Shown: piece by piece, positions 38,237-47,358 of the stretch
Numbering within the stretch: position 1 is the first letter of the stretch
How the letters are laid out: every line of letters starts with the position of its first letter
Source of the DNA: an uncultured virus (IMG/VR IMGVR_UViG_3300036761_000818)
Lineage: Duplodnaviria; Heunggongvirae; Uroviricota; Caudoviricetes
DNA: 64,000 nt
Virus record (IMG/VR): IMGVR_UViG_3300036761_000818
Reading direction: 5' to 3' (one strand)
Notes under the pieces: model-generated
Told to the model about the DNA's origin: nothing
The model's database searches: none
The model's input: the letters and a program-made list of their open reading frames with translations, nothing else
Made by a program: the position numbers and the translations under genes

Positions 38237-38903
38237 AGGCAAGTTCGGCGTGATCCTCGCTGACCCTCCTTGGCCGTACACGCAGTACCGGAAGGCCGCG
38301 AACGGCGCCGCCGCGAGCGCCTACGAGTGCATGGACATCGAGGCTATCAAGAAGATGCCCGTTGCTTCATGGGCTTCGGAGGACTGTGTACTCGCGCTCT
38401 GGACGACCGGCCCCATGATCGCGCAGGGAACGATGTCGGCGGTGCTCGCGGCGTGGGGGTTCACGGGGAAGACGATGATCCCGTGGCTCAAGAACTCGCC
38501 AAAGGGCGAGGACTTCGCGACGGGCGTCGGCATCTGGTTCATGGCGAACGCCGAATACGTCGTCTTCGCGACGCGGGGAAAGGTGGGCGGGTTCTTCGAG
38601 AAGAAGGAGGGGGAGGCGAAGCCGAGACGGCTCCGAGGCGGGAACCTCGGGATCGCAGTGGGCGAGCGCGACGACCCCGAGTTCTGGCAGCGCGCATCCG
38701 AGCGCGCGATCCTCGCTCCGAAGGATCGGCTGCACTCGAAGAAGCCGACGACGCTCCACACGTATCTGGAGAGCTTTGTCGGCCCGCGTCTTGAACTCTT
38801 CGCTCGCCGCGAGCACGGCGACTGGATGGTCGTCGGTCGCGAGATGGGGTGGGAGCTTGGCGCGTTCGGCGCGCGGAAGCTGTCGTCGGTGGGGCTCTTC
38901 TGA
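38214..38903 (+). CDS. MT-A70-family adenine methyltransferase
   Basis: VILADPPW, LALWTT, HSKKP, RLELFAR. Confidence 0.92.
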   Translation: MKIMDVLEGKFGVILADPPWPYTQYRKAANGAAASAYECMDIEAIKKMPVASWASEDCVLALWTTGPMIAQGTMSAVLAAWGFTGKTMIPWLKNSPKGEDFATGVGIWFMANAEYVVFATRGKVGGFFEKKEGEAKPRRLRGGNLGIAVGERDDPEFWQRASERAILAPKDRLHSKKPTTLHTYLESFVGPRLELFARREHGDWMVVGREMGWELGAFGARKLSSVGLF

Positions 38904-38949
38904 TGCCGATCGGCGGAAGGTCGGCCATGGGCCGAATTGAGAGGGAAAG

Positions 38950-39207
38950 ATGACGACACCTGCGGACATGGAGGTCTTGCTCAAGTCGATAGGATGCTGG
39001 TTGCCGACGTGCCACATCTGCCAGAAGTTCATCGGCGAGCGCGAGGAGTTGGCGTTTGTCCCGAGCGGCGTCTGGATCGGCGAGAACAAGGCGAACCCGC
39101 TCTTCGCGGGCGTCCACGCGACGTGCGAGGGGAAGGGCGCTCCGTCGAAGCCGCCCGAGCCGACACGCGGCCACGGATGCTTCCTGACGGCTGCTGATCT
39201 GCCGTGA
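38950..39207 (+). CDS. Hypothetical protein, 85 aa
   Basis: GAGGG RBS; CHIC...HATC. Confidence 0.55.
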   Translation: MTTPADMEVLLKSIGCWLPTCHICQKFIGEREELAFVPSGVWIGENKANPLFAGVHATCEGKGAPSKPPEPTRGHGCFLTAADLP

Positions 39208-39506
39208 CGCTCTCGATGAAGGAAGAGGTCGAGGGATCGAAGGAAGACCTCTCGCGTGGGATCGCCTTCTTCGGGATGGGGATTCCCGGCTGGAACGAGG
39301 CGAGCGAGCGAGCCCGAGCGGACCCGCGGTGGGGGAAGCCGAACGAGACGTTCGGCGTTGATCGGTGCGTCATCTGCCGCATCTGCTTGACCTCGTGGCT
39401 GGACCCCGAAAGCAAGCCCGCGCATCCATTCTGTTACTACAACCGCGCGACGGTCGAGGAGCTTCGCGGCATGGCGAGGAAGAAGAGAGCGGAGGCGAAG
39501 AAATGA
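39204..39506 (+). CDS. Hypothetical protein, 100 aa
   Basis: CVIC...HPFC; overlaps neighbours. Confidence 0.55.
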   Translation: MTLSMKEEVEGSKEDLSRGIAFFGMGIPGWNEASERARADPRWGKPNETFGVDRCVICRICLTSWLDPESKPAHPFCYYNRATVEELRGMARKKRAEAKK

Positions 39507-39886
39507 ACGGCGACGCCCAAGACAAGCACCAGAACGACGCTGGAGGGCCGCAGAAGCCCAAGGCGAGGCCGAAAGGCCGAAAGGTGGGCCAGGAGGCCGA
39601 GAAGGCACGGAAGGGCCAGGAGGCCGTCCTGGCGCGTCTTCTGGATGGGCTGTTCGGGGGTGGCAAGGGGCTCGACGCGGCGCAGTGCGCGACGATCTTG
39701 GGGATCGTGGCCGGAGGGCTCGCGGCGATCTCGTCGCCGGAGACGGCAAGGAGGGCGCTTCAGAAGGTTATGTCCGATGAACGGGTCTGGCAGGTGATCG
39801 CGAGGACGCCGATCATCATGGACCTCTTCATCAAGGAGCAGGGCGGCTTAGACGCGCTCGTAGAGAGAGTGGCGAAGGGTGGTTGA
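39503..39886 (+). CDS. Hypothetical protein, 127 aa
   Basis: ATGA overlap, GGAGG RBS. Confidence 0.55.
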   Translation: MNGDAQDKHQNDAGGPQKPKARPKGRKVGQEAEKARKGQEAVLARLLDGLFGGGKGLDAAQCATILGIVAGGLAAISSPETARRALQKVMSDERVWQVIARTPIIMDLFIKEQGGLDALVERVAKGG

Positions 39887-40223
39887 CCCGCAGGAGAGAA
39901 GGGCCTTCACCGACGCGCTCGACCGATTCGACGAGGCGTACGTTGACCTCGTGCAGTCGGCGCGACGCATCCTCTTGATCCTTGACGATGAGCAAGAAGG
40001 GGGCGGCGGGGTCGTCGCGAAGATCGCGCCGAAGCCTCCAGCGCCAGCAACGGGAGCGACGCCAGCGTATCCATCGCCGACACAAGCGGCGGCAGCAAGG
40101 ATGAGGGCGCAGGTTAGCGGGTTCCTCGGCGACCCATGCGGGCAGTGCGGTCTTCTCATGTTGGTCCGCATCGGGACGTGCGTGCGTTGCAACTCTTGCG
40201 GGTGGGATTCAGGGTGTGGGTGA
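39879..40223 (+). CDS. Small protein ending in an NrdJ-like C-terminal Cys-rich tail, 114 aa
   Basis: GFLGDPCGQCGLLMLVRIGTCVRCNSCGWDSGCG. Confidence 0.65.
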   Translation: MVDPQERRAFTDALDRFDEAYVDLVQSARRILLILDDEQEGGGGVVAKIAPKPPAPATGATPAYPSPTQAAAARMRAQVSGFLGDPCGQCGLLMLVRIGTCVRCNSCGWDSGCG

Positions 40224-40226
40224 GGG

Positions 40227-40263
40227 GGGAAGGCGCGAGGTACGCCGCGCCTTCCCTTTCTCT
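40227..40263 (+). terminator. Intrinsic terminator at the convergence of two arms
   Basis: GGGAAGGCGCG-N8-CGCGCCTTCCC-TTTCTCT. Confidence 0.7.
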
Positions 40264-40273
40264 ATGTGGACGA

Positions 40274-40522
40274 TCAGAACGACCGGAGCACGTCCTTGTG
40301 GTCCCACAGGGCGCAGCACTGCCGGAACGTGACGGGGAGCATGATCTGCGGATGGATGCAGAGCGACGCGATATCGCTCGGCTTCTCGTAGAACTTGCAG
40401 TTCCGGCAGTTCGTCCCGTCCACGGAGATCGGGAGCGTGATGAGGTCCACCTTCTTCGCCGTCGCGCGCTCGGATGCCGTCGTGTACGTGTAGCCGTGGG
40501 CCTCGTCGGGCTTCGCGCTCAT
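40274..40522 (-). CDS. Small Cys protein with HiPIP-like spacing, 82 aa
   Basis: NCRNCKFY...LC...CCALW. Confidence 0.55.
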   Translation of the reverse strand: MSAKPDEAHGYTYTTASERATAKKVDLITLPISVDGTNCRNCKFYEKPSDIASLCIHPQIMLPVTFRQCCALWDHKDVLRSF

Positions 40523-41052
40523 GATCGAGCCTCGACGTGCTTCAGCGTCATGGGCGAGCCGAAGACCTTCCCGCCCTTGTAGAACTCGTACCAGACCTCG
40601 TTCTGACGGAGCCCCTCGGCGAGCCCGTTGATCGCTTCCTGGAATCTGCCGATGAACTCCTTCTCGGGGAGCCCCTCGCTGTTCTCGATCGAGACGCGCA
40701 TCGAGACTTCCGGCTCGCTCTTGTACCAACCGAGTTGCAGGACCGCCGATCCGCCGTCGGGGAACGACTTGATGACGCGCTTTTGCACGACTTCCGGCTT
40801 GAACTTCTGCTTCTTCCCGAACCCGGAGTTGAGCCCGATCGTGAAGGCGCCTACGATCGGCGCCTTCGCCTTCGAGGCCGTCTTCCGCTGCTGCGGCTCG
40901 AAGGGGTTCTCCTTGGCGCGGACTTCCGCGCCTCCCCACGTCATGTACGACGGGCGGTACTTCGGTCGGAAGTTGCCACGCGAGAGGTTCGCAGGGTTCG
41001 TCGCCAGCTTGATGAGCGGCGCTGACATCTGAAGCGGGATGCCCATGGTCAC
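40519..41052 (-). CDS. Hypothetical protein, ~177 aa
   Basis: GGGAGGG RBS, overlaps. Confidence 0.65.
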   Translation of the reverse strand: MTMGIPLQMSAPLIKLATNPANLSRGNFRPKYRPSYMTWGGAEVRAKENPFEPQQRKTASKAKAPIVGAFTIGLNSGFGKKQKFKPEVVQKRVIKSFPDGGSAVLQLGWYKSEPEVSMRVSIENSEGLPEKEFIGRFQEAINGLAEGLRQNEVWYEFYKGGKVFGSPMTLKHVEARS

Positions 41053-41669
41053 TTCCCTCCCTTCGGCTTCTCAAGCAACCACTGCCTGTCGCTTTCGAGG
41101 ATGTTCCTGAACGTCAATTCCTTCACCGCCATGACGATCGCGGCCTCGATCTGTCCTGGTGTCCACAGCGGGTCGTCCATGTGCTCAAGCGCGATGCTGT
41201 CAACGACATCCCACCACGGTTGTCCGCGCTTCGCAACCAAGAAGTGGGTCTTCGCGAGCCACGTCGCGTACAGGTCTGACGGGACGGAGAGCGTGCTGCC
41301 CTCGTAGTCGATCTGCTTTTCGCGACTCAGGAGCGCGCCCATCTCGGAGACGCGCGCGGCCATCTGCACGGGCTTCCGCTTCAGCGGTGCGAGCCCACCG
41401 GCGATGAGCGCGGGATCGCTCGTCTTGATGGCGCGGAGGTCCACTTGAAGCTCTTTCGAGAACGGCCAGAGCGGCGTTTCGTTCCACCATCCGAACAAGT
41501 AGCCCTCGCCGTTTGGTCCGAGCCCGGGAGACTTGATGGCCTCCTGCACGATGTAGATGGCGGCTTGCCACGCCGCGTCGCCAGGAGTCGGCTCCGGGAA
41601 GCCTACGAATCCGAGCGCTCCGATCATGTCGTAGAGCTTGCTGATCCGCTCGATATCCTCTGCCGTCAT
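41049..41669 (-). CDS. Hypothetical protein, 206 aa
   Basis: Start MTAEDI after GGAGG. Confidence 0.65.
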   Translation of the reverse strand: MTAEDIERISKLYDMIGALGFVGFPEPTPGDAAWQAAIYIVQEAIKSPGLGPNGEGYLFGWWNETPLWPFSKELQVDLRAIKTSDPALIAGGLAPLKRKPVQMAARVSEMGALLSREKQIDYEGSTLSVPSDLYATWLAKTHFLVAKRGQPWWDVVDSIALEHMDDPLWTPGQIEAAIVMAVKELTFRNILESDRQWLLEKPKGGK

Positions 41670-41670
41670 G

Positions 41671-42216
41671 TCAATCCTCCGGGTTGAAGTTGTCGGCAAT
41701 CAGGTCGGCGAGACGGCGCGCCCTCGCCGTGTCCGTGTCGAACCGCTTGAACTTCTTCTTCCCAATGCTGCTGATGTCGTCCTTGTGCGCCCGGTTCCGA
41801 AGCTGCTGGAGGATGTCCGACACCATCCGCGACGCAACGGCGTTGGCGTCGTGAAAGCACATGATGTCGATGGATCGGAGGAGCACGTACCGGGCGAGGT
41901 TACGCACCGAGTCGGTCGTCTCGAACATCGAGATCGGCGGCTCGAATCCTTGCCCCTCCTGCCGCGCCGGATCGTAGCCGAGGAAGCACTGGATGGCGCG
42001 GAGCGCGAAGTCCTGCCGAGATGACGACTTCTCGCGCGACGGCTTTGCGGGGAGCGTAGCGAGGTCGTGGACGAAGAGCGCGGCCGACGTGACCTCGGCG
42101 CGTGTCGCGTCGGGGTAGCGCTGCTGCGTGATCTCCGTCGCCTTCACGCGGAGGCACTCGATCCCTTGGGCTCCGATCGCCTCGCCAGCGAGGATGGCGT
42201 CAAGAAGTGGCGGCAT
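41671..42216 (-). CDS. Hypothetical protein, 181 aa
   Basis: GGAGG RBS, operon spacing. Confidence 0.6.
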   Translation of the reverse strand: MPPLLDAILAGEAIGAQGIECLRVKATEITQQRYPDATRAEVTSAALFVHDLATLPAKPSREKSSSRQDFALRAIQCFLGYDPARQEGQGFEPPISMFETTDSVRNLARYVLLRSIDIMCFHDANAVASRMVSDILQQLRNRAHKDDISSIGKKKFKRFDTDTARARRLADLIADNFNPED

Positions 42217-42862
42217 TCTGTCCTCCGGGCGGCGGTGCCGCCGTTTCGAGCTTCGCTGTCGTTTCGAGCTTCGACGCCTTCGCGGCGGCTTTCGCCTCGT
42301 TCTTCTTCTTCTCTGCCTCCTCGCGATCCTGCTTCTTCTTCGCTACGCGGGCGCTGTCGATCGCCGCGACTTCTTCCGATACGAACGACTCCTTCTCGGA
42401 ATCGAGGCCGTCGCAGCCGTCTTCGGCGAAGTGCTCGACGAATCCATCCTCCTCGGCAAAGAGCTTCTCGCACGAGGGGCACTCGATCGCCTGGACGCGC
42501 GCAGCATCCTTGATGACGACCTTCGCGGCTTCCTCGATCACGTCGTCCGAGAAGCACTCGCCGATGTGGTCTTCGAGAGCGCTTCCGTCGCCACCGCCGC
42601 TATCGATGTTCTCTCCGCAGCGGTCGCAGTGGTAGACCTCGATCGCTTCAACCGGACCCTCGCCGCACTCGCTGCACGAGCAGTCCTCGACCTTCTTCCT
42701 GTTCTTGTTGCAGTCCTCGCAGCGCCTACCGTCTTCTCCGCTCCCCTTGCTCTCGCAGGAACCGCACTGGTAAAGCGGCTCGTCGCTCGTCTCCTCCGAG
42801 ATCGCCTCGCACGCCTCGCAGCGGAAGGCGTCGATGATCTGGAGTTCTTCGCTGATCGCCAC
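42200..42862 (-). CDS. Multi-CxxC acidic Zn-finger protein, 220 aa
   Basis: GTG after AGGAGGAG; six CxxC pairs. Confidence 0.65.
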   Translation of the reverse strand: MAISEELQIIDAFRCEACEAISEETSDEPLYQCGSCESKGSGEDGRRCEDCNKNRKKVEDCSCSECGEGPVEAIEVYHCDRCGENIDSGGGDGSALEDHIGECFSDDVIEEAAKVVIKDAARVQAIECPSCEKLFAEEDGFVEHFAEDGCDGLDSEKESFVSEEVAAIDSARVAKKKQDREEAEKKKNEAKAAAKASKLETTAKLETAAPPPGGQNAATS

Positions 42863-42878
42863 TGGCTGGCTCCTCCTG

Positions 42879-42913
42879 AAAAGGAGCGAGCCGGGCACAA
42901 AGGCCCGGCTCGC
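42879..42913 (-). terminator. Intrinsic terminator/attenuator
   Basis: 11-bp stem GCGAGCCGGGC/GCCCGGCTCGC then TCCTTTT on the minus strand. Confidence 0.6.
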
Positions 42914-43029
42914 ATGTTGTTGGGAAGAAGGCGTCCCGGGCTTTTGGATTCCGTCGCGTCGCCCCTATGCGGCGTCGGACCCGGTTCGGGGGTTCTTTGC
43001 CTTGGCTCTCGCCTACGCCTTCGTATTCG

Positions 43030-43584
43030 TCAGAAGCTCTTGCCGCCCTTGCCCTTGCCGAACGCCTCGGTCGGCTTCGGGGGATCGACCTTCGCGGGCT
43101 CGGGCTTCGGGATCGGCGTGGGCTTCGCCTCGGCCTTCGCCTCGGCCTTCGCCTCGGCCTGGGGCGGCTCGGGAGCCGCGGGAGTAGCGGGAGCCGCGGG
43201 TGCGACCGGATCGGGCATCTCGGCCGCTTCGTTCGCCGCCGCGATCTGCTTCGCGCGGGCGACCTTCTCGGCGACCATGAGCGCGTCGCGGCCCGCCGTG
43301 GCGGCGATGTCGGCGGCGATGCGAGCCTTTGCCGTCACCTGCCGCGCGATAGCCACGTCATCGACGGCCTCGGGCTCGTCGTTGTACCGGAGCGACGAGA
43401 GGTCGATGCGCGAGTCGCTCGCTTGGGCCTGGGAGTAGGCGTCGGAAGGGTCTTCCGCCATGACCGTCGCGATGACCTTCTCGTTCGCGGTCGGGCGCCC
43501 CGTCTGCTGGCGGGGGTGGACGGCGCTGATGGCCCCGTCGCGGTTCTTGAGGATCATGAACTTGAACTTCTGGAGTGGCGCCAC
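43030..43584 (-). CDS. Ala/Pro-rich hypothetical protein, 184 aa
   Basis: GTG after GAGGAGGAG; extended -10 TGGTAGAAT at 43623-43631. Confidence 0.65.
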   Translation of the reverse strand: MAPLQKFKFMILKNRDGAISAVHPRQQTGRPTANEKVIATVMAEDPSDAYSQAQASDSRIDLSSLRYNDEPEAVDDVAIARQVTAKARIAADIAATAGRDALMVAEKVARAKQIAAANEAAEMPDPVAPAAPATPAAPEPPQAEAKAEAKAEAKPTPIPKPEPAKVDPPKPTEAFGKGKGGKSF

Positions 43585-43671
43585 GTTTTCTCCTCCTCTG
43601 CGGTGTTCCGGTCCGGGCTGGCATTCTACCATGCCACGCCGACAAGATGCGATATTTTACGGTGAATCCCG

Positions 43672-44274
43672 CTACTTGGCAACGGCTGGCACGTCTTCCG
43701 CGTCTTCCACGTCTCCCGCCTTCATGGCGATGACCACGGCGTTGCGGAGGTTGAACGTCCACCGCCCCTCGATTTCGACGAGGCTCTTCTCGATCGCTGC
43801 CTTCTGCTTCTTGAGGGCGATGTAGCCCTCAAGCGTCTCTGATGGCGTGAGGACGTTGAACACGGCGCGCCCGTAGTGCTTGTCCTGATCCGGCTCTTGC
43901 TTGCGCGTGTAGTTGCAGTCGCTCGTGATGGTGACGTTGTTCGTCCCGCCGTGGATGCCCGTCGCTACGCCCCTGGAGAACGTCGGTCCCATGCGCTCAA
44001 CGCGGCTCCCGTCAACGATCTCAGTCCAGTGAAGATCGTTCTCGTACGAGAGGTACTTGATCTCCACCTTGACGGACTTCGAGCGCGTTTCGGCCATGAT
44101 CCGCTTGCGGAGCGCCTCCATCGAGTCGGCGAAAATGTACTTCGGCACCCCATCCTCGTCCTCCAGACCGATTGGGGATCGGAAGTGCCCGCTGCCGTCC
44201 ACGTACACGTCGAACTCCTTCCCGCGGACGTTGGTCGAGCCGATCTTCGTTCCTGGATTTACGGTCGCCATCAC
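43672..44274 (-). CDS. Hypothetical protein, 200 aa
   Basis: GGAGG RBS, protein-like composition. Confidence 0.65.
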   Translation of the reverse strand: MMATVNPGTKIGSTNVRGKEFDVYVDGSGHFRSPIGLEDEDGVPKYIFADSMEALRKRIMAETRSKSVKVEIKYLSYENDLHWTEIVDGSRVERMGPTFSRGVATGIHGGTNNVTITSDCNYTRKQEPDQDKHYGRAVFNVLTPSETLEGYIALKKQKAAIEKSLVEIEGRWTFNLRNAVVIAMKAGDVEDAEDVPAVAK

Positions 44275-44630
44275 TGCCTCCTGTGTTTCTGCAAGTCCTC
44301 GCGCGCCTGTGCTTCGGCGGCGAGGAGTTCCGTGATCGTGGCGCGGAGCGCTTCAAGGCCCAGTGGGTCGCCATGCCTGTACCATTCGACGGCCGCGTCT
44401 ACGACGACCGTCCTGAACGCGAGGAGCTTGTAGTGCCAGAACTCGCCGCGCGTCATCCCGAGGACGGAACAGCACTTGTCGATCATCCCCTCCGAGATGA
44501 CCTCCTCTGGCTCGGTAGAGGAGCCCCTCTTCTTCTGCCTCGACGTGACGCAGCGCTCGCAGAGGACGCTCTGCTCTTGATCCCCTGCGATTGTTTTCGC
44601 GCCGCACCACCTGCAATTCTTCTCGATCAC
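44271..44630 (-). CDS. Zn-ribbon hypothetical protein, 119 aa
   Basis: GTGA overlap; CRWC...CERC. Confidence 0.55.
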   Translation of the reverse strand: MIEKNCRWCGAKTIAGDQEQSVLCERCVTSRQKKRGSSTEPEEVISEGMIDKCCSVLGMTRGEFWHYKLLAFRTVVVDAAVEWYRHGDPLGLEALRATITELLAAEAQAREDLQKHRRQ

Positions 44631-46174
44631 GCTCGCCCTCCGCAGACTGCGAGGCGCTTCCGCTTGGGGTCGAAGTCTTCCGTGCTCCACGCCCCCTGCC
44701 GGATCGACCGGAAGAGGTCCACGTCGTAGAGCGCGAGGCACGCGAGTCGCGCCCCCACGTCGCAGCACGCCTCGTGGAACTCGCGGGCGAGATGGTCGCC
44801 CGCGTACTCGTGCGCGAACTCGTGGACGAGAAGATCGAGGAGCGCTCGGAGCGAGAACTTCCCCTCAAACCACATCCGTCCGAGCCGCCCCACGTTGAAC
44901 GAGAGGACGCGCCTCTCGCCCTTCCCGTAGCTCGCGCTGTACGGTACGGTCGGCTCGGAGACGAAGACGACATCCAGCGGCACGCCGAGAAGGGTCGTCG
45001 CGAGCTTCTTCGAGAACTCCGCGACCTCGGCCATGTTGCCGTTCAGGGCCGTGATGACCCTCGGCGGCTTGCCGCCGGGCGAGAAGATGCGCTCGCTGTC
45101 GCCCGGCGTGAAGTGGCCCGCGGGCTGGATGAGCCCGTGGCCCTTCGCCTGTGCCCACTGCTCCTTCGAGAGCGACCCGCCCCACACCACCTTCCCGCCC
45201 GCCGCGATGAACTTCTTCTCGCCCTCGGGGTCGCTCGGGTCGTGCGCGGCGAACTTCTCGCCGAACTTCTGGACGAGGACACGCTCGACGGCGCCGCTCG
45301 ACGCCCGCACGTCGCCAGTCGCCTCGCTGATCCACGCCGCGCTCGACGCCTCCTCGCCCTTGATCTCCTTGTGCAAGGCGTTGAGGACGGCGACGCGGAG
45401 TGCCTTCACGACGGAGGGCTGAACGGAGTCGCGCTCGAACGAGAGCGGAACCTTCTGCATCACATCGACGTGCCACGGATCGCCCGCGTCGTCGGGGAAC
45501 GGCATGACGGGGATTCCCATCTCGTAGATCGACGGCACTTCGTCGGGGAGCGGCTCGAAGACGCGGATGACGGTCGCTCGGTTCGACCGACGGATGACGC
45601 CATCCGCGTCTGCGATCTCCGTCGCGAGCGTGATCCGCGCGACGGCCTTCGGCTCGCCGCGCCACGCGATCTGTTCGCCGTTCATCCTGACTTCTACGCC
45701 AGCGGGGATGATGAGCCAGCGGGACGCCATGACGACTTCATCGATCTGCGGTCGGGTGAGCCGCACCGAAGCCGTGAACGTGGAGCCGCGGTCCGTCTTC
45801 CGCCGGATCGCGTGTCGGCCGTCGGCGCCGAACCGGATGCCGCCCGTCGTCGTGACGATCTCGGCCTCGTCGCAGAGCGCGAGGACGAGCTTCTCGCCGA
45901 GGTTCCACCGGCCGCGCTTCTCGGCCTCGGTCTTCTTGTAGCTGTCGGCGAAGAGCGTCCAAGCGTCCGAGAGCTTCCTGAACCCGCCGGGCGCGTCGTC
46001 GATGACTTCGAGGAGCGCGGTCCCGCGCTCCCCGGTGGGCGTGAGGTTCATGTCGATCTTCGTCACGCCATCTTCGTCTACGGCGTTCTGGTACAACTCG
46101 TAGATGAGCCAGCCGAGCCCGCGGCGCTCAAGGAGCTTCCGAAGGCCCTGCTTGTCGATGTCGAACCAGTTCAT
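44627..46174 (-). CDS. GHKL-type ATPase fused to a C-terminal HExxH domain, 515 aa
   Basis: ELYQNAVDE, VIDDAPGG, RGRWNLGEK, RGST; LVHEFAH...H. Confidence 0.85.
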   Translation of the reverse strand: MNWFDIDKQGLRKLLERRGLGWLIYELYQNAVDEDGVTKIDMNLTPTGERGTALLEVIDDAPGGFRKLSDAWTLFADSYKKTEAEKRGRWNLGEKLVLALCDEAEIVTTTGGIRFGADGRHAIRRKTDRGSTFTASVRLTRPQIDEVVMASRWLIIPAGVEVRMNGEQIAWRGEPKAVARITLATEIADADGVIRRSNRATVIRVFEPLPDEVPSIYEMGIPVMPFPDDAGDPWHVDVMQKVPLSFERDSVQPSVVKALRVAVLNALHKEIKGEEASSAAWISEATGDVRASSGAVERVLVQKFGEKFAAHDPSDPEGEKKFIAAGGKVVWGGSLSKEQWAQAKGHGLIQPAGHFTPGDSERIFSPGGKPPRVITALNGNMAEVAEFSKKLATTLLGVPLDVVFVSEPTVPYSASYGKGERRVLSFNVGRLGRMWFEGKFSLRALLDLLVHEFAHEYAGDHLAREFHEACCDVGARLACLALYDVDLFRSIRQGAWSTEDFDPKRKRLAVCGGRA

Positions 46175-46188
46175 GGCTTCTCCTTCGG

Positions 46189-46443
46189 CTATTCGCCGCG
46201 TTGACCCTTTGTCCAGATGCGGACCCACCGGAAGGGGAACGGCGAGAGGTACTCGACCATGACGGCCGACGCCGGGACGAGCTTCCGGTGCCCGCCGAAC
46301 CCGCCTCCGACAAGCACCCTCCTCCAGAGCCGATCGTAGAGCCGCATGGTTTTCACGCCGTTTTCCCACCGGCTCGCCTCCCAACGGATGCCCGCCGCGC
46401 CGTCGGGAACGTAGACCTCGCGGTAGCGCTTGCTAACCGACAT
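46189..46443 (-). CDS. Hypothetical protein, 84 aa
   Basis: Operon spacing. Confidence 0.5.
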   Translation of the reverse strand: MSVSKRYREVYVPDGAAGIRWEASRWENGVKTMRLYDRLWRRVLVGGGFGGHRKLVPASAVMVEYLSPFPFRWVRIWTKGQRGE

Positions 46444-46633
46444 CGACGTACCTCATGATGACCCCGAGAGCCGCATGGTAGCTCTGGCTGCTGAAGACGA
46501 GCCCTCGCATCTCCGTGGCCTTCTCCTCCTGGCCCGCCTTTCGGAGAGCCTTCGATGCAGCACCAACGACGCTGAAGATGTTGCCGTCCCTACCAAGGAG
46601 CTTGACCTTCGGCTTCTTCTCGTTCTTCGTCAC
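46433..46633 (-). CDS. Phage small hypothetical protein, 66 aa
   Basis: VKLLGRDGNIFSVVG...SYHAAL motif familiar from phage early genes. Confidence 0.7.
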   Translation of the reverse strand: MTKNEKKPKVKLLGRDGNIFSVVGAASKALRKAGQEEKATEMRGLVFSSQSYHAALGVIMRYVDVG

Positions 46634-47015
46634 TTTCGGCCTCCTTCTTCACTTCCTTGCTGCCGCGGAGCCAGCGCAGGATGGTCTGCGCGGCCTCCAT
46701 CTCACTCCCGATATCGAACGTGTTGTCGCTGCTCCTCTCTTCGCCGAAGGTGCCCCACAGGCTGTCGGTCGGCATGTGCGACTGGCCGTCGAACTGGTGG
46801 GCATCTCCGACGATGACCCGAATCCCGTCGCTGTTCCTGCGCTCCGCGATGACGGCAGCGCGACCGTTCGCGGAGACGTGGTAGCCCTGCTCTCGGCAGT
46901 TCGACCATGCGCCGACGCTGACCAAGACGTTATCGTCGTCGTCGGACTGGAGAAGCTGCATGTACGAGAGCACGATCCCCGCATGGATCATGCTGTTTCG
47001 GAACTCGACGCGCAT
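46590..47015 (-). CDS. Phage hypothetical protein, 141 aa
   Basis: NCREQGY...AERRNSD; GGAGG RBS. Confidence 0.65.
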   Translation of the reverse strand: MRVEFRNSMIHAGIVLSYMQLLQSDDDDNVLVSVGAWSNCREQGYHVSANGRAAVIAERRNSDGIRVIVGDAHQFDGQSHMPTDSLWGTFGEERSSDNTFDIGSEMEAAQTILRWLRGSKEVKKEAESDEEREEAEGQAPW

Positions 47016-47164
47016 CGTTTCCTCCTGTCTCTGATCGCCAACCCCTCGCGCTCGGCGGCATCGACATCCAGCCGCCCTACGGTGACGTGTGCGTGCTCCA
47101 TGGGCTCGCTGCTCGTCGCTGCGACCCACCGGGCGCAGTAGACGCAACGTCGCTCTGCTTTCAT
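46988..47164 (-). CDS. Small hypothetical protein, 58 aa
   Basis: GGGAG RBS; CVYC. Confidence 0.4.
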   Translation of the reverse strand: MKAERRCVYCARWVAATSSEPMEHAHVTVGRLDVDAAEREGLAIRDRRKRCASSSETA

Positions 47165-47358
47165 GCGTGCTCCCTTGTGAGGGTGGGGGTGCCCGCTCCG
47201 AAGTGGACAGCAGCGGCTCCACATCGAGGGTGTCAACGGCTCGCGCTTTCGTACCCGTCGTCTCGGCTGGCATACGATCCAGCCTCACCGGGTTCCTACT
47301 CGCGTTTCGCCTCTTCCCGCGACGATTCTCAGCCTCCTTCGGCTACGGGCGTGAAGTG

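Noticed and set aside
39879..40223. Ribonucleotide reductase gene
   Set aside because: Only the Cys-rich tail is present; no catalytic domain
42927..43022. c-di-GMP-I riboswitch
   Set aside because: GGCAAA and GACGC are present, but the GNRA-capped P2 and GCAAAGC core are not
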